This document shows, in pieces, positions 39,511 to 49,912 of a stretch of DNA of 64,000 bases. Under the pieces are notes generated by a model, which did not search any database, had not been told where the DNA came from, and worked only from the letters and a program-made list of their open reading frames with translations. The stretch comes from Actinomycetota bacterium (GTDB lineage Bacteria; Actinomycetota; Thermoleophilia; BMS3ABIN01), in contig JACRMB010000010.1 of the NCBI GenBank assembly GCA_016235065.1, positions 6,281 to 70,280 on the forward strand, read 5' to 3'. Positions within the stretch are counted from its first letter, which is position 1; every line of letters begins with the position of its first letter. The translations under genes and the position numbers were made by a program.

Positions 39511-39717
39511 CTAAAGGGCTTTCTTGACCAGCTCATCGGCCATGGCGGTGAGCTTCTGTGAAAGCTGCGAGCTCTTGTTGTTCACAGCCAGCATCGAGCC
39601 ATCTTCGAAGTAAAGCTCAACCCGGGACTGGCGCCGGATGCGCCTCAGCAGCCAGGTTACGCCCAGCGCCGAACCCAGTGAAAGCAGGAAACCAAAGAAG
39701 AATCTTCCTCTCGCCAT
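39511..39717 (-). CDS. Small single-TM hypothetical protein
   Basis: 68 aa with an N-terminal hydrophobic helix, 7 nt downstream of the roadblock gene. Confidence 0.4.
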   Translation of the reverse strand: MARGRFFFGFLLSLGSALGVTWLLRRIRRQSRVELYFEDGSMLAVNNKSSQLSQKLTAMADELVKKAL

Positions 39718-39723
39718 CTCTCC

Positions 39724-40104
39724 CTACTTTCCGTAATCGCCCTCGTCGGCTTCGCCCTCGAGGGCGGTCCGCAGGGCGGTGTTGACGTCATAGAGAACCA
39801 GGCCAACCGTGGGGTCGGCTCCGGTCGATGCTGCAAGCCAGGTATCCTTCTCGCCGGTGACGATGAAGACGCATCCTGAGGGGGCCTCGATAAAGAGCTG
39901 GGTCAGCGGCGAGCGCTCCATCTCCTTGGCGGACATGCGGGCTTCTTCAAGCATCCTGCGGGCCATGGACACCATGGCAGCCTCCGACTGTCCGTTGGCG
40001 AACGTGCTCGCCAGGATCTCGTTCTCACCACGGACCAGTACGGCGTGGCGGATGCTGGCTGACATCTCCAGCAGTTCCTGTATGGCTTCCTTGGCAGTAG
40101 GCAA
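39724..40104 (-). CDS. Roadblock/LC7 domain protein
   Basis: 126 aa with a roadblock/LC7 fold pattern. TTG start with AAGGAG 6 nt upstream. Confidence 0.7.
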   Translation of the reverse strand: MPTAKEAIQELLEMSASIRHAVLVRGENEILASTFANGQSEAAMVSMARRMLEEARMSAKEMERSPLTQLFIEAPSGCVFIVTGEKDTWLAASTGADPTVGLVLYDVNTALRTALEGEADEGDYGK

Positions 40105-40239
40105 CTGATCTCCTTAAAACGGATGCTCTTCAGTAAGAGGGGAAGCTATCATAACACGCGGCACGAGACAAGAAAGGCTGTCACTCCCGGCTGGATGTTC
40201 GACTCCCGGAGCCGGCGACAGGTTCGGCCTGGCAACCGA

Positions 40240-43200
40240 TCAGGCTGGCGAGCCCGCATGGATCTCTGCCGGAGAGCCGACAAAGACGTCCCTGACCCCG
40301 CCAAGGCCCTGCATGCGGTGGATGAACTCGTCGGCCGGATCCACCTGCTGCCCCAGTTTCAGGCGGCGGAGGCCGTCGTCGGTCATCATGCTGATGATCA
40401 CCGGGGAGCATCCCGGATAACTGTCGCAGAGATCCTTCATGTCAGTCAGGACATCCGGATCGATCTCACCATGGTCCACGGAAAGCTGCACGATCCCGGC
40501 GGCTGGTTCGGTGCCTTCTGTCTGAACGGAGTTCCCATCTCGAGCCTGGTTATTTCCTGCGATTTCCTGCTCTCCCGCCATCCCTGTGGCTGCATTGCCG
40601 CCTTCACTATCGCCATTCTTCTCATCCACTCGCGGCCGACTGCTGCTTTCATCCTTGCTCTTCCGCCTTGCGGCGCCACCGCTGCTCCCTTCCGGGCGTC
40701 GGACGAACTCGCTGATCGAGCTGGCGACTATCTTCACTTCACGCCTGCCGTCGTCGTCGATGCCCTTGAGGTCGACACGGCCTTTGACCACCAGCACCTC
40801 ATCCTCCTCAAGCAGTGCGTTGCACTTGTTATAAAGCTTGTTGAAGACCACGACCTCGGTGCTGTCTTCCAGATCCTCAAGGTTGAAGAAGGCCATGGGG
40901 TCGCCGCTCTTAGTCGTCAGCCGCTTGACCTTGCCGACCATCCCGATGACCTTGACACTGGTCTTGTCACGGACTTCCTGCAGCTGGGCGACGGTTATGG
41001 CGCCGGCCGCCGCGATCTCGTCCTCCAGTCCGACCAGTGGATGGCCGGATACGAAGATGCCCAGCGTCTCCTTCTCGAGCCGTGAGAGCTCCCTGGGGCC
41101 ATACTCATCAGCAGGGATCTCGGGATCGTGGACGTCGTGCGAAGCGCCGTCGTCCACCAGGTCGAAGATGGAACCCTGGCCCAGCAGACTGTCCTGCTGG
41201 CTCTGAGAGCCCATGCCGAGGGCCTGTTCCATAATCGCGATCATCCCCTTGCGGCTGGCGCCGGTCGAGTCGAGGGCGCCGCATTTTATCAGGCTTTCCA
41301 GGGCGTTCTTCTTCAGCTGCTGGGAGTCGACCCGGCGGCAGAAATCGAAAACGGAAGTGAATGGCCCATCCATTTCGCGGGCCGCGATTATGGACTCGAT
41401 CACCTTGCCGCCCACATTCTTGACCGCGGTCAGCCCGAAGCGTATCCGGTCACCGACGACCCTGAAATCGCTGCCACTCTCGTTCACGTCCGGCGGCATG
41501 ACCTCGATGCCCATGCGGTTGCAGACGCTGACGTAGAAAGGCACCTTGTCCTTGGTGCTCATGACACTGGATATCGTCGCTGCCATGTACTCAACCGGAT
41601 AGTTGGCCTTGAGCCAGGCGGTCTGGTAGGCAAGCAGTCCGTATGCCGCGGCATGGGATTTGTTGAAAGAATAATCGCCGGCGTCGTCCATCAGCTTCCA
41701 GAGGCCTTCGATCGCACCAGGATCGACCTCGTTTGCCTTGCAGCCGGCGACGAACTTGCTCTTGAGGCTTTCCATCAGGTCGCGTTTCTTCTTGGCGATC
41801 GCCTTGCGCAGGTCGTCGGCTTCGGCGGGCGAGAAACCAGCGAGCTTCTTGGCGATCTCCATCAGCTGTTCCTGATAGACCGCGACGCCATAAGTGGGCT
41901 CGAGTATCTCCTGAAGCCTGGGGTCTACATACTCGACTCCATCGGGGAATTTCTTGTTGCGGGCAAACTCGGGGATGTGCTCCATGGGGCCGGGGCGGTA
42001 AAGCGCGACGAGCGCGATGATATCCTCGAAGCAGGTCGGCCCGACGTTGCGGATGGCGTCCTTCATTCCAGAGCTCTCCAGCTGGAAGACGCCGTCGCTC
42101 TGCCCCAGGCGCAGCATCTCGAAAGTCTTTTCGTCATCCAGCGGCAGGCTGGATAGGTCGATATCCTCGCCCTTGCTGTCCTTGATGAGCCTGACCGCCG
42201 CCTTGAGGATGTCGAGGTTACGCAGGCCGAGGAAATCCATCTTCAGCAGCCCCAGCGCCTCCACATGTCCCATGGTGAACTGGGTTATGACTTCAGCATC
42301 CTCACCTTTCTGCTGCAGGGGGACATAGTCGGTAAGCGGACGGTCAGAGATAACCACACCCGCCGCATGGATGGAATCCTGCCTGATCAGCCCTTCAAGG
42401 GGCAGTGCCAGGTCGATGATCTTCTTCGTCAGCTCTTCATCGTCGTAGGCCTGCTTCAATTCCTGTCCGGGTTTGAGGCAGTCCGCAAGCTTGATGCCGG
42501 GGCCCTCGGGGATGAATTTCACGATCCGGTCGACGTCGCCGTAGGGGATGTTCATGACCCGGCCGGCATCCCTCGTCGCCTGCCGGGCGGCCATTGTGCC
42601 AAAAGTTATTATCTGGGCGACGTTCTCCCGGCCATAGCGCTCGGCTACGTAAGCCAGCACCTTCTCCCGGTCCACGGGCGAGAAATCGATGTCGATATCG
42701 GGCATGCTCTTGCGGCCCGGGTTGAGGAAGCGCTCGAACAGAAGATCGTATTTCAGAGGATCGATGTCGGTGATGCCGAGACAGAAAGCGACCAGGCTGC
42801 CCGCGGCCGAACCACGGCCGGGGCCGACGGCGATGTCGTTATCTTTGGAGAACTTGACAAAATCCCAGACTATGAGGAAGTAGGAGGCGAAGTCCATCTC
42901 GCCGATCGTCGCCAGTTCGAACTCCAGCCTCTCCCTGACCTCGGCTGAAACTCCCTCTGGATAACGCCGGGCGAGCCCTTCCTCGCACAGGCGCCGGAGA
43001 TAGGCGTTGCCATCGCTGCCATCCGCAGTCTCAAAACCCGGGATCAGCAGCTTGTCGAATTCCATGGTGACGTTGCAGCGGTCTGCGATCTCGATCGTGT
43101 TAGCCAGCGCTTCCGGCGCGATAGAAAAGCCGGCTGCCATCTCTTCAGCGCTTTTGAGGAAGAAATCATTGCTGGGCAGCGCCATCCCTTTTTCCTCCAG

Positions 43201-43926
43201 GGTGCTGCCGGTCTGCACGCAAAGCAGGGCCTCATGGGCGGAGAAATCTTCCTGGCTCAGATAATGGACGTCATTGGTGGCGATCAGAGGCCTCCCGGCT
43301 TCGGCGGCCACCTCGACCACCAGCGGATTGATTGCCGTCTGCTCTTCGATGCCGTGGTTCTGGATCTCGATAAATACGTTCTCCGAACCAAAGATATCCT
43401 GCAATTCCTGCACTTCCGCGACGGCGGCCTCTTTATCTCCCGCCTTCAGCAGTTTTGACATGCGTCCGCTCAGGCAGCCGGTGAGGGCGATAATGCCCTC
43501 TGAATGCTCCCTCAGCACCTGCTTGTCTACCCGCGGCTTGTAATAGAAGCCTTCGAGGAACCCCTTCGAACAGATGCGCACCAGGTTCTGGTAGCCGGTA
43601 TTGTTCTCCGCAAGAAGAGTCAGGTGGCTCCAGTCCATCGTCTTTTTCTCGAAGCGGTCAGGCGCCACGTAGGCTTCAAACCCGATGATCGGCTTGATCC
43701 CGCGCTTGGTGGCTTCCTTGTAGAACTCCACTGCGCTGGAAAGCACCCCGTGGTCGGTGATGGCCACCGCGGACATCCCCAATTCCTGGCAACGTACTAG
43801 CAGAGGAACGATACGGACAGCGCCGTCGAGAACGGAATATTCGCTGTGGACGTGAAGGTGGACGAATCCAGACGCCGGCGGGGGTGCCGGTGCTTCGCCA
43901 ACGGGCTTGGCGTATGACTCGCTCAA
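40240..43926 (-). CDS. dnaE: DNA polymerase III alpha subunit
   Basis: PHP domain (FVHLHVHSEYS), polymerase core and OB fold, plus a C-terminal extension of about 150 aa. Start is uncertain: TTG 43926 with AAGGGAG upstream, or the TTG at 43983 that begins the track's ORF. Confidence 0.9.
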   Translation of the reverse strand: MSESYAKPVGEAPAPPPASGFVHLHVHSEYSVLDGAVRIVPLLVRCQELGMSAVAITDHGVLSSAVEFYKEATKRGIKPIIGFEAYVAPDRFEKKTMDWSHLTLLAENNTGYQNLVRICSKGFLEGFYYKPRVDKQVLREHSEGIIALTGCLSGRMSKLLKAGDKEAAVAEVQELQDIFGSENVFIEIQNHGIEEQTAINPLVVEVAAEAGRPLIATNDVHYLSQEDFSAHEALLCVQTGSTLEEKGMALPSNDFFLKSAEEMAAGFSIAPEALANTIEIADRCNVTMEFDKLLIPGFETADGSDGNAYLRRLCEEGLARRYPEGVSAEVRERLEFELATIGEMDFASYFLIVWDFVKFSKDNDIAVGPGRGSAAGSLVAFCLGITDIDPLKYDLLFERFLNPGRKSMPDIDIDFSPVDREKVLAYVAERYGRENVAQIITFGTMAARQATRDAGRVMNIPYGDVDRIVKFIPEGPGIKLADCLKPGQELKQAYDDEELTKKIIDLALPLEGLIRQDSIHAAGVVISDRPLTDYVPLQQKGEDAEVITQFTMGHVEALGLLKMDFLGLRNLDILKAAVRLIKDSKGEDIDLSSLPLDDEKTFEMLRLGQSDGVFQLESSGMKDAIRNVGPTCFEDIIALVALYRPGPMEHIPEFARNKKFPDGVEYVDPRLQEILEPTYGVAVYQEQLMEIAKKLAGFSPAEADDLRKAIAKKKRDLMESLKSKFVAGCKANEVDPGAIEGLWKLMDDAGDYSFNKSHAAAYGLLAYQTAWLKANYPVEYMAATISSVMSTKDKVPFYVSVCNRMGIEVMPPDVNESGSDFRVVGDRIRFGLTAVKNVGGKVIESIIAAREMDGPFTSVFDFCRRVDSQQLKKNALESLIKCGALDSTGASRKGMIAIMEQALGMGSQSQQDSLLGQGSIFDLVDDGASHDVHDPEIPADEYGPRELSRLEKETLGIFVSGHPLVGLEDEIAAAGAITVAQLQEVRDKTSVKVIGMVGKVKRLTTKSGDPMAFFNLEDLEDSTEVVVFNKLYNKCNALLEEDEVLVVKGRVDLKGIDDDGRREVKIVASSISEFVRRPEGSSGGAARRKSKDESSSRPRVDEKNGDSEGGNAATGMAGEQEIAGNNQARDGNSVQTEGTEPAAGIVQLSVDHGEIDPDVLTDMKDLCDSYPGCSPVIISMMTDDGLRRLKLGQQVDPADEFIHRMQGLGGVRDVFVGSPAEIHAGSPA

Positions 43927-44019
43927 AAGTTCTCCCTTAACCTCACGACGAAAGATTCTACTCCCGCCGCCCTGCCGGTTCAACAGATTTACGTTATATC
44001 GCCATCTTTAACTGTATCC

Positions 44020-44058
44020 CGGGCGGGCGACGGCCGCGGAGCGGCCGTCGCCCGCCCG
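44020..44058. repeat. Perfect GC-rich palindrome with 17-bp arms
   Basis: gggcgggcgacggccgc-ggag-cggccgtcgcccgccc. No adjacent U-tract on either strand. Confidence 0.5.
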
Positions 44059-44086
44059 ACCAAACTTTAACCGGATTCGACCGCCG

Positions 44087-44422
44087 TCAGGCGCTCGAAT
44101 TCATGGGTTTTGTCATCGTCAGCATCATCGCAGCGATAACGAACACCACCACCGCCAGCCCGGTGCAGCCGATCTGCATGCCCACATGCTCCGAACGGGC
44201 GCCGAGGCCCACGTGGAGCGCTCCCACGAGCAGCATGGGGATGCCCATTACTTCAGATGTCGCCAGCCAGTAGATGCCGATGATGATCCCAGCCGCGCCA
44301 AGTGCGTAGCAGGTCGTCTTCATGGTTTCGTGCTGGCTCATCGTCAGGAACAGGCAGATATAACTGGCGGCGCCGTAAAGGGCAGCCAGCGTCCCGTTTA
44401 CCATTCCTCCCTTAAAACTCAT
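44087..44422 (-). CDS. Small membrane protein, 111 aa, about 3 TM helices
   Basis: MSFKGGMVNG start with AGGAGGGAGGA upstream. Hydrophobic throughout. Confidence 0.5.
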   Translation of the reverse strand: MSFKGGMVNGTLAALYGAASYICLFLTMSQHETMKTTCYALGAAGIIIGIYWLATSEVMGIPMLLVGALHVGLGARSEHVGMQIGCTGLAVVVFVIAAMMLTMTKPMNSSA

Positions 44423-44578
44423 ACAGTCCTCCCTCCTAGTATCCAGGCACGGTGCGAACCAGAACAATCACCGCGCTATATCAAAGGAAGATTCGACAGG
44501 GAGCACTGCCTTTCCTGTATGGACAGAACAGCCCGGCCACATAGGGTAGACCAGCCGGAATATCAACTTGGCTGCGGC

Positions 44579-46621
44579 TCAGCCGCTGTTGATAATGGCG
44601 AGGAATCCGGAGCCATACCGTTCGGCCCTCGAAGGCCCGATGCCGTGCGCCAGAAGCAGCTCTTCCTGGTTCGCCGGCCTGAGCCTGGCGATATCCCGCA
44701 GGGTGCGGTCGCTGGCTATTACATAAGGTGGTACCGCTTCTAAGCGGGCCAGCTCCAGGCGATGAAGCCTGAGCGCCTCGAACAGGGCTTGCGCCTCTTC
44801 ATCCAGCTCGAGATCGCCGTCGACAGACCTGCCCGACTTCCCGCCTGAACCCCGCCCCGCCTTTACGCTTATGTCTTGCCCTTCCCTCGCGGAAGCATTC
44901 CGCCCTTTACCGGCGAAGGGCTCCCTGACCCTCAGCGGCGGCAGAAGGATACGCACGGGCATGTCCCCCCGCATCACGGCTCTTCCCTCTTCAGTCATGA
45001 CCACCATCGGCCTGTCGCCGCCAGTGAAATCTATCCAGCCAGCCGTGACACAGCGGCGGAGCAGTCTCAATAACCAGTCCTGGGAGCGCCCGGACAATGC
45101 TCCGAATGTGGGTGACTGATCCAGCCCTGACCAGACCAGCCGTTCATCTGCCGCGTCCCCCCTCAAAAGAGCGGCGGCCGCCTGGATGCCGAAGCGGCCG
45201 TTCACCCGGGCCACCGCCGATAGCGCCTTGCGGACCGTGATACTCACCACCTCTTCATCCTGCTCGCTACCGGCGGACATCTCCTGGCAGACATCGCAAC
45301 GGCCACAGCCGGAAAGGGTCTCCTCCTCGTCCCCGAAATATCGCAGGATGGCGTCGTGACGGCAACTGCCGCCTTCCGCCCAGCGCATCAGTTCCAGAAA
45401 AAGATCCCATTTGTGCTGCAGGATCTCCGGGGCCGTGGCCATGCCATCAGCCGAATCCCTTTCGATCAGGCGCCGGCGCATGGGCATGTCACCCGGGGAG
45501 GTCAGCAAAAGGCACCAGGAATCAAGGCCGTCGCGTCCCGCCCGCCCGACCTCCTGGTAATAGGCTTCTATCGATCCCGGCGGCGCCAGATGTATCACCG
45601 CCCGAACATCCGGGCGGTCGATGCCCATCCCGAACGCGTTAGTGGCCACGACCACCTGGCAGGCGCCGTCCATGAATTCCTGCTGTATATCCTCCCGTAC
45701 CGCACCAGCCAGGCCTGCGTGATAAGCCCTGGCGTTCCATCCCTCACCAGCCAGCCGCCCCGCTTCTTCCTCAGTGGAACGGCGCGTAGGCGCATAGATG
45801 ATCGCCGTACCAGTCGAAACCTGGCTGCTGGCAGACCAAATCCCCGGGGATCTGAGCGCCTCAGCAAGAAGCGAATCGACCTGCCGGTCCCGCTGTTTGC
45901 GGCTGCTGACTTCCCTGGCTCTCAAGGCAAGGTTGGGCCGGGCGAAGCCGCTGACGATCTGAGGCGTATCCGAGCCCAGGCCGAGACGGGCGATTATCTC
46001 ATCACGCACGACCGGCGTGGCCGTCGCCGTGCAGGCGAGCACCCTGGCCTCCGGCATACTCGCCAGCAGCTCACCGATCTGCATGTACTCCGGCCGGAAA
46101 TCATGTCCCCACTCACTGATACAGTGAGCTTCATCGATAGCGATCAGGGGGCAGTCGACGGCTCCCAGCACACGCCGGAAACCAGGCAGCGACAAACGCT
46201 CCGGCGCCACGTAGACCAGACGGTACTCGCCAGCTTCCATACGCTTCAGACGGTCGCGCTGCTCTTCAGGATCGAGAGTGGAAGCCAGATAGGTCGCGGG
46301 GATCCCGCGGGCCTTCAGGGCTGTCACCTGGTCGTTCATCAGCGAGATAAGCGGAGAGATCACCAGTGTCGTCCCGTCGGTCATCACCGCGGGCAACTGG
46401 TAGATGAGGCTTTTGCCGCCGCCAGTGGGAGCCACGAGCAGCAGCCGGCCGGTCGCGAAAAGCGTATCAAGGGCTTCGCGCTGCCCGGGACGGAACGACT
46501 CATAGCCGAGCCGCTCCAGCGCCGCCTGGTGATCGCGACTCTGTTCGACACCGGCCGCATCCGCGCGTCCAGCGCCACAGCCTTCAGTCGCTTGCCCGGC
46601 GCTGCTATTCCCGGATGACAT
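44579..46621 (-). CDS. recQ: ATP-dependent DNA helicase RecQ
   Basis: FRPGQREA, VAPTGGGKS, DEAHCIS, zinc-binding C4, winged-helix and HRDC regions. Start is ambiguous among 46621, 46666 and 46717. Confidence 0.85.
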   Translation of the reverse strand: MSSGNSSAGQATEGCGAGRADAAGVEQSRDHQAALERLGYESFRPGQREALDTLFATGRLLLVAPTGGGKSLIYQLPAVMTDGTTLVISPLISLMNDQVTALKARGIPATYLASTLDPEEQRDRLKRMEAGEYRLVYVAPERLSLPGFRRVLGAVDCPLIAIDEAHCISEWGHDFRPEYMQIGELLASMPEARVLACTATATPVVRDEIIARLGLGSDTPQIVSGFARPNLALRAREVSSRKQRDRQVDSLLAEALRSPGIWSASSQVSTGTAIIYAPTRRSTEEEAGRLAGEGWNARAYHAGLAGAVREDIQQEFMDGACQVVVATNAFGMGIDRPDVRAVIHLAPPGSIEAYYQEVGRAGRDGLDSWCLLLTSPGDMPMRRRLIERDSADGMATAPEILQHKWDLFLELMRWAEGGSCRHDAILRYFGDEEETLSGCGRCDVCQEMSAGSEQDEEVVSITVRKALSAVARVNGRFGIQAAAALLRGDAADERLVWSGLDQSPTFGALSGRSQDWLLRLLRRCVTAGWIDFTGGDRPMVVMTEEGRAVMRGDMPVRILLPPLRVREPFAGKGRNASAREGQDISVKAGRGSGGKSGRSVDGDLELDEEAQALFEALRLHRLELARLEAVPPYVIASDRTLRDIARLRPANQEELLLAHGIGPSRAERYGSGFLAIINSG

Positions 46622-47231
46622 TATTGACCAGCTCACCGATGCCGTCGATCCACACTGTGACTTCATCCCCGGCCTTGAGGCGGCCGACGCCCGGCGGAGT
46701 CCCGGTGAGGATGACATCGCCAGACTCGAGAGTCATCACCCGCGATATGAACACCACGAGTTCAAGCGGCGAGAAGATCATGTCCGAGACCGGAGCCGAC
46801 TGCCTGGCCTCCCCCTTGTGCACCAGCTCCACCCTGGCGTCCGGTTCCGGCGCCACCGTCTCCACCCAAGGCCCTAGAGGGCAGAAAGTGTCAAAGCTCT
46901 TGGCTCGGGTCCACTGGCCGTCTTTTTCCTGAAGGTCGCGAGCTGTGACATCGTTGGCGCAGGTATAACCGGCGACGAAGTCCACAGCTGACTCCAGGTC
47001 CAGACAGCGCGCGGTCTTACCGATAATCACTGCCAGTTCGGCTTCGAAGTCAACCCTCTGGGAAATGGATGGGATCACGATAGAGTCACCAGGGCCGATG
47101 ACGGCGGACGGCGGTTTCATGAAGAGGATCGGCTCATCCGGCACAGCCATACCCAGCTCGGCGGCATGGGAGCGGTAATTGAGGCCGACAGCGATGATCT
47201 TGCCGGGCTTCTTCAGCTCGAGTCTGGACAC
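46605..47231 (-). CDS. Fumarylacetoacetate hydrolase family protein
   Basis: 208 aa with the FAH-fold N-terminal motif GKIIAVGLNYRSHAAE. GTG start. Confidence 0.75.
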   Translation of the reverse strand: MSRLELKKPGKIIAVGLNYRSHAAELGMAVPDEPILFMKPPSAVIGPGDSIVIPSISQRVDFEAELAVIIGKTARCLDLESAVDFVAGYTCANDVTARDLQEKDGQWTRAKSFDTFCPLGPWVETVAPEPDARVELVHKGEARQSAPVSDMIFSPLELVVFISRVMTLESGDVILTGTPPGVGRLKAGDEVTVWIDGIGELVNNVIRE

Positions 47232-47255
47232 TGATTGACCTGGCCCGGCTGTCCG

Positions 47256-48851
47256 CTACCGGCGCCGGCGGCGCTTGACCAGGCCGTATTCGATGCTGTC
47301 AACGAGTGCTTCCCAGCTCGCCTCGATGATATTCTCCGAGACGCCGATCGTGCCCCAGGTATCATGTCCGTCACTTGAGTCGAGCAGCACTCTTGTCACC
47401 GCGCCGGTCCCCTGATTCTCGTTGAGTATGCGCACCTTGTAGTTGACCAGATGTATGTGTGAAAGATCATCCACGAGCTTCGGATGGCTGGCCGGCAGCA
47501 GTTTCCTCAAGGCGACGTCAAGCGCATTGACCGGGCCGTTCCCCTCTGCGAAGGCGATAGGCAGCTCGCCGCCGCCATCCCCCTTGAGGATGATCTTTGC
47601 CTCGCTGATCACCGCGCTCTTGCGCTTCTGGACGATGACCCGGAAGTTGTCCAACTCGATGATGGGTTTGTGTAGCCCCAGCTCACGCCTCATGAAAAGT
47701 TCGAAGGAAGCATCGGCCACCTCGTAGTGATAACCCGCGTGTTCCTTGTCCTTCAGCCGTTTGAGCAGACGGTTCAATGTATCCTTGCGCTCGTCGCCGG
47801 CCAGGTCGATGCCCATTTCCGCCGCCTTCTTGAGTACAGTCGCCCGCCCGGCCAGCTCACTGACGAGGATGCGCTGTTTATTGCCGACCAGCGCCGGGTC
47901 CACATGCTCGAAAGTCCTGGCGTCGCGGAGCGCCGCGCTGACATGAAGGCCGCCCTTGTGGGCAAAGGCGTTCTCGCCAACATATGGCTGATGGGTCTCC
48001 GGGCTGACGTTGGCCACCTCGGCCACGAAATGGGAGGTCTCGGTCAGCTCGGCAAGCCGCCGGTCGCTGACGCAGTCCAGCCCCATCTTCAGCTTCAGAG
48101 CCGGGATGATAGATATCAGGTTGGCGTTGCCGCAGCGCTCGCCATAACCGTTGACGGTCCCCTGCACCTGAGTCGCCCCCGCTTCTACCGCCATCAGCGA
48201 GACCGCCACGGCGCAGTCAGCGTCGTTATGGGCATGGATGCCGACAGGGGCCCCGACCTCGGCCAAGACCCGTCTGACTATCTCAGCCGCCTGTGAAGGC
48301 AGGGTTGCACCATTGGTATCACAGAGGACCACCCGGCTCGCGCCGGCCTCCACCGCCGTCTGGAGCGTCCTGAGGGCGTATTCCGGATCATCCATGAATC
48401 CGTCGAAAAAATGTTCGGCGTCGTAGAAGACCTCGCGACCTTTCCTGCTGAGAAAGGCCACGCTGCCCTCTATCATCTTGAGGTTCTCCTCAAGCCCGAC
48501 CCGCAAAACCTTCTGGGTGTGCAGTTTCCAGCTCTTGCCGACGATGGTTACCACCGGCGTATCGACCTTCAGCAGTTGCTTCAGCAGCGGATCCTGATGG
48601 GGCTTCGCGCCGCGCTTGTGGGTCATCCCGAACGCTGCCAGCTTCGCCGTTCGCAGCTTATGGCCAGCCATCTTCTGGTAGAACTCCACATCCTTGGGAT
48701 TGGAACCGGGGAAGCCGCCCTCGATATAATGCACGCCGAGGCGGTCCAGCCGCAACGCGATCTGGACCTTCTCGTCCACGGAGACGCTCATGCCCTCCCG
48801 CTGCATGCCGTCCCGCAGGGTGGTGTCATATATCTCGATGCGCTTGCTCAA
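47256..48851 (-). CDS. cimA: (R)-citramalate synthase / 2-isopropylmalate synthase homolog
   Basis: IYDTTLRDGMQ HMGL-like motif and a C-terminal LeuA-dimer-type domain, 531 aa. It is the second paralog beside the canonical leuA. TTG start with GGGGAG upstream. Confidence 0.7.
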   Translation of the reverse strand: MSKRIEIYDTTLRDGMQREGMSVSVDEKVQIALRLDRLGVHYIEGGFPGSNPKDVEFYQKMAGHKLRTAKLAAFGMTHKRGAKPHQDPLLKQLLKVDTPVVTIVGKSWKLHTQKVLRVGLEENLKMIEGSVAFLSRKGREVFYDAEHFFDGFMDDPEYALRTLQTAVEAGASRVVLCDTNGATLPSQAAEIVRRVLAEVGAPVGIHAHNDADCAVAVSLMAVEAGATQVQGTVNGYGERCGNANLISIIPALKLKMGLDCVSDRRLAELTETSHFVAEVANVSPETHQPYVGENAFAHKGGLHVSAALRDARTFEHVDPALVGNKQRILVSELAGRATVLKKAAEMGIDLAGDERKDTLNRLLKRLKDKEHAGYHYEVADASFELFMRRELGLHKPIIELDNFRVIVQKRKSAVISEAKIILKGDGGGELPIAFAEGNGPVNALDVALRKLLPASHPKLVDDLSHIHLVNYKVRILNENQGTGAVTRVLLDSSDGHDTWGTIGVSENIIEASWEALVDSIEYGLVKRRRRR

Positions 48852-48922
48852 ATCAGCTCCCCATCATTCCGCTCCGGAAAAACTCCCCACCAGCACAACG
48901 GAAGGCACTTGCGCTAGCCTGC

Positions 48923-49837
48923 CTATACCCACTCCAGATAATCTGAATACTTCTCGTTCTCACCCTTGATGATCCCGTAGAAGATCTCCTGCACCTTCTT
49001 GGTGATCGGGCCCGGCTCGCCTATCTCCCGGTCGTCCACTTCGCGCAGCGGCACGATCTCGGCCGCGGTCCCGCTCAGAAATGCCTCGTCGGCCCCATAT
49101 AACTCTGACCGGACCATGACCCTCTCTGCCATGGGGATGCCCTCGTCCGCGGCGATGCGGAAGATCGCGTCCCGAGTGATTCCCTCTAGCACATCACATG
49201 AGATCGGCGGCGTATAGATGACACCGTTCTTGACCACGTAAAGATTCTCGCCGGAACCCTCGGAGAGGTTGCCGTTATGGTCGAGCAGCAGCGCCTCCTC
49301 GTAACCGGCCTTGACCGCTTCCACTTTCGCCAGGATCGAGTTGATGTACTGTCCGGTGGCCTTGGCCGCCGGCGGCAGGCTGTTGGGCCCGAAGCGGCAG
49401 AACGAAGAGATCTTCGCCCTGATGCCGTGCTCGATCCCATCGTCGCCGAGGTAAGTACCCCAGGGCCACACTGCGATAGCCACATCAACCGGTGCATGAA
49501 GGGGGAAGAGCCCCATCTCGCCATAGCCGCGATAGGCGATCGGCCTGATGTAACAGCTGTCCAGCTCGTTGACCTTCACGACATCCTTGGTGGCCTGTAC
49601 CAGCTCCTCGACGCTGAAGGGAAGTTCCATGTAATAGATCGCAGCGGAACGCTCCAGCCGCCGGATATGATCGGTCAGCCGAAAGACGTGGGTCCCCCTG
49701 TCAGTGCCGTAGGCACGTATGCCCTCGAACACACCCGAGCCATAATGAAGCGCATGGGTAAGCAGGTGCACCTTGGCTTCCGCCCAGTCCACAAGCTCCC
49801 CGTTCATCCATATTTTTGAGACCTCTGTTATCGGCAT
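48923..49837 (-). CDS. ilvE: Branched-chain amino acid aminotransferase
   Basis: Class IV aminotransferase pattern. ATG 49837 with AAGGAG upstream. Confidence 0.9.
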   Translation of the reverse strand: MPITEVSKIWMNGELVDWAEAKVHLLTHALHYGSGVFEGIRAYGTDRGTHVFRLTDHIRRLERSAAIYYMELPFSVEELVQATKDVVKVNELDSCYIRPIAYRGYGEMGLFPLHAPVDVAIAVWPWGTYLGDDGIEHGIRAKISSFCRFGPNSLPPAAKATGQYINSILAKVEAVKAGYEEALLLDHNGNLSEGSGENLYVVKNGVIYTPPISCDVLEGITRDAIFRIAADEGIPMAERVMVRSELYGADEAFLSGTAAEIVPLREVDDREIGEPGPITKKVQEIFYGIIKGENEKYSDYLEWV

Positions 49838-49912
49838 GAGACTCCTTTCCAGTCTCCGAGCCGGCATAATACCCCGGCTGCAACTTCTATCAACTCCGCG
49901 CGCAGTTCCGTC

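Noticed and set aside
40123-42156. Two plus-strand ORFs of 320 and 342 aa
   Set aside because: Antisense to dnaE, which has unambiguous polymerase motifs on the minus strand.
45356-46618. 420-aa plus-strand ORF
   Set aside because: Antisense to recQ.
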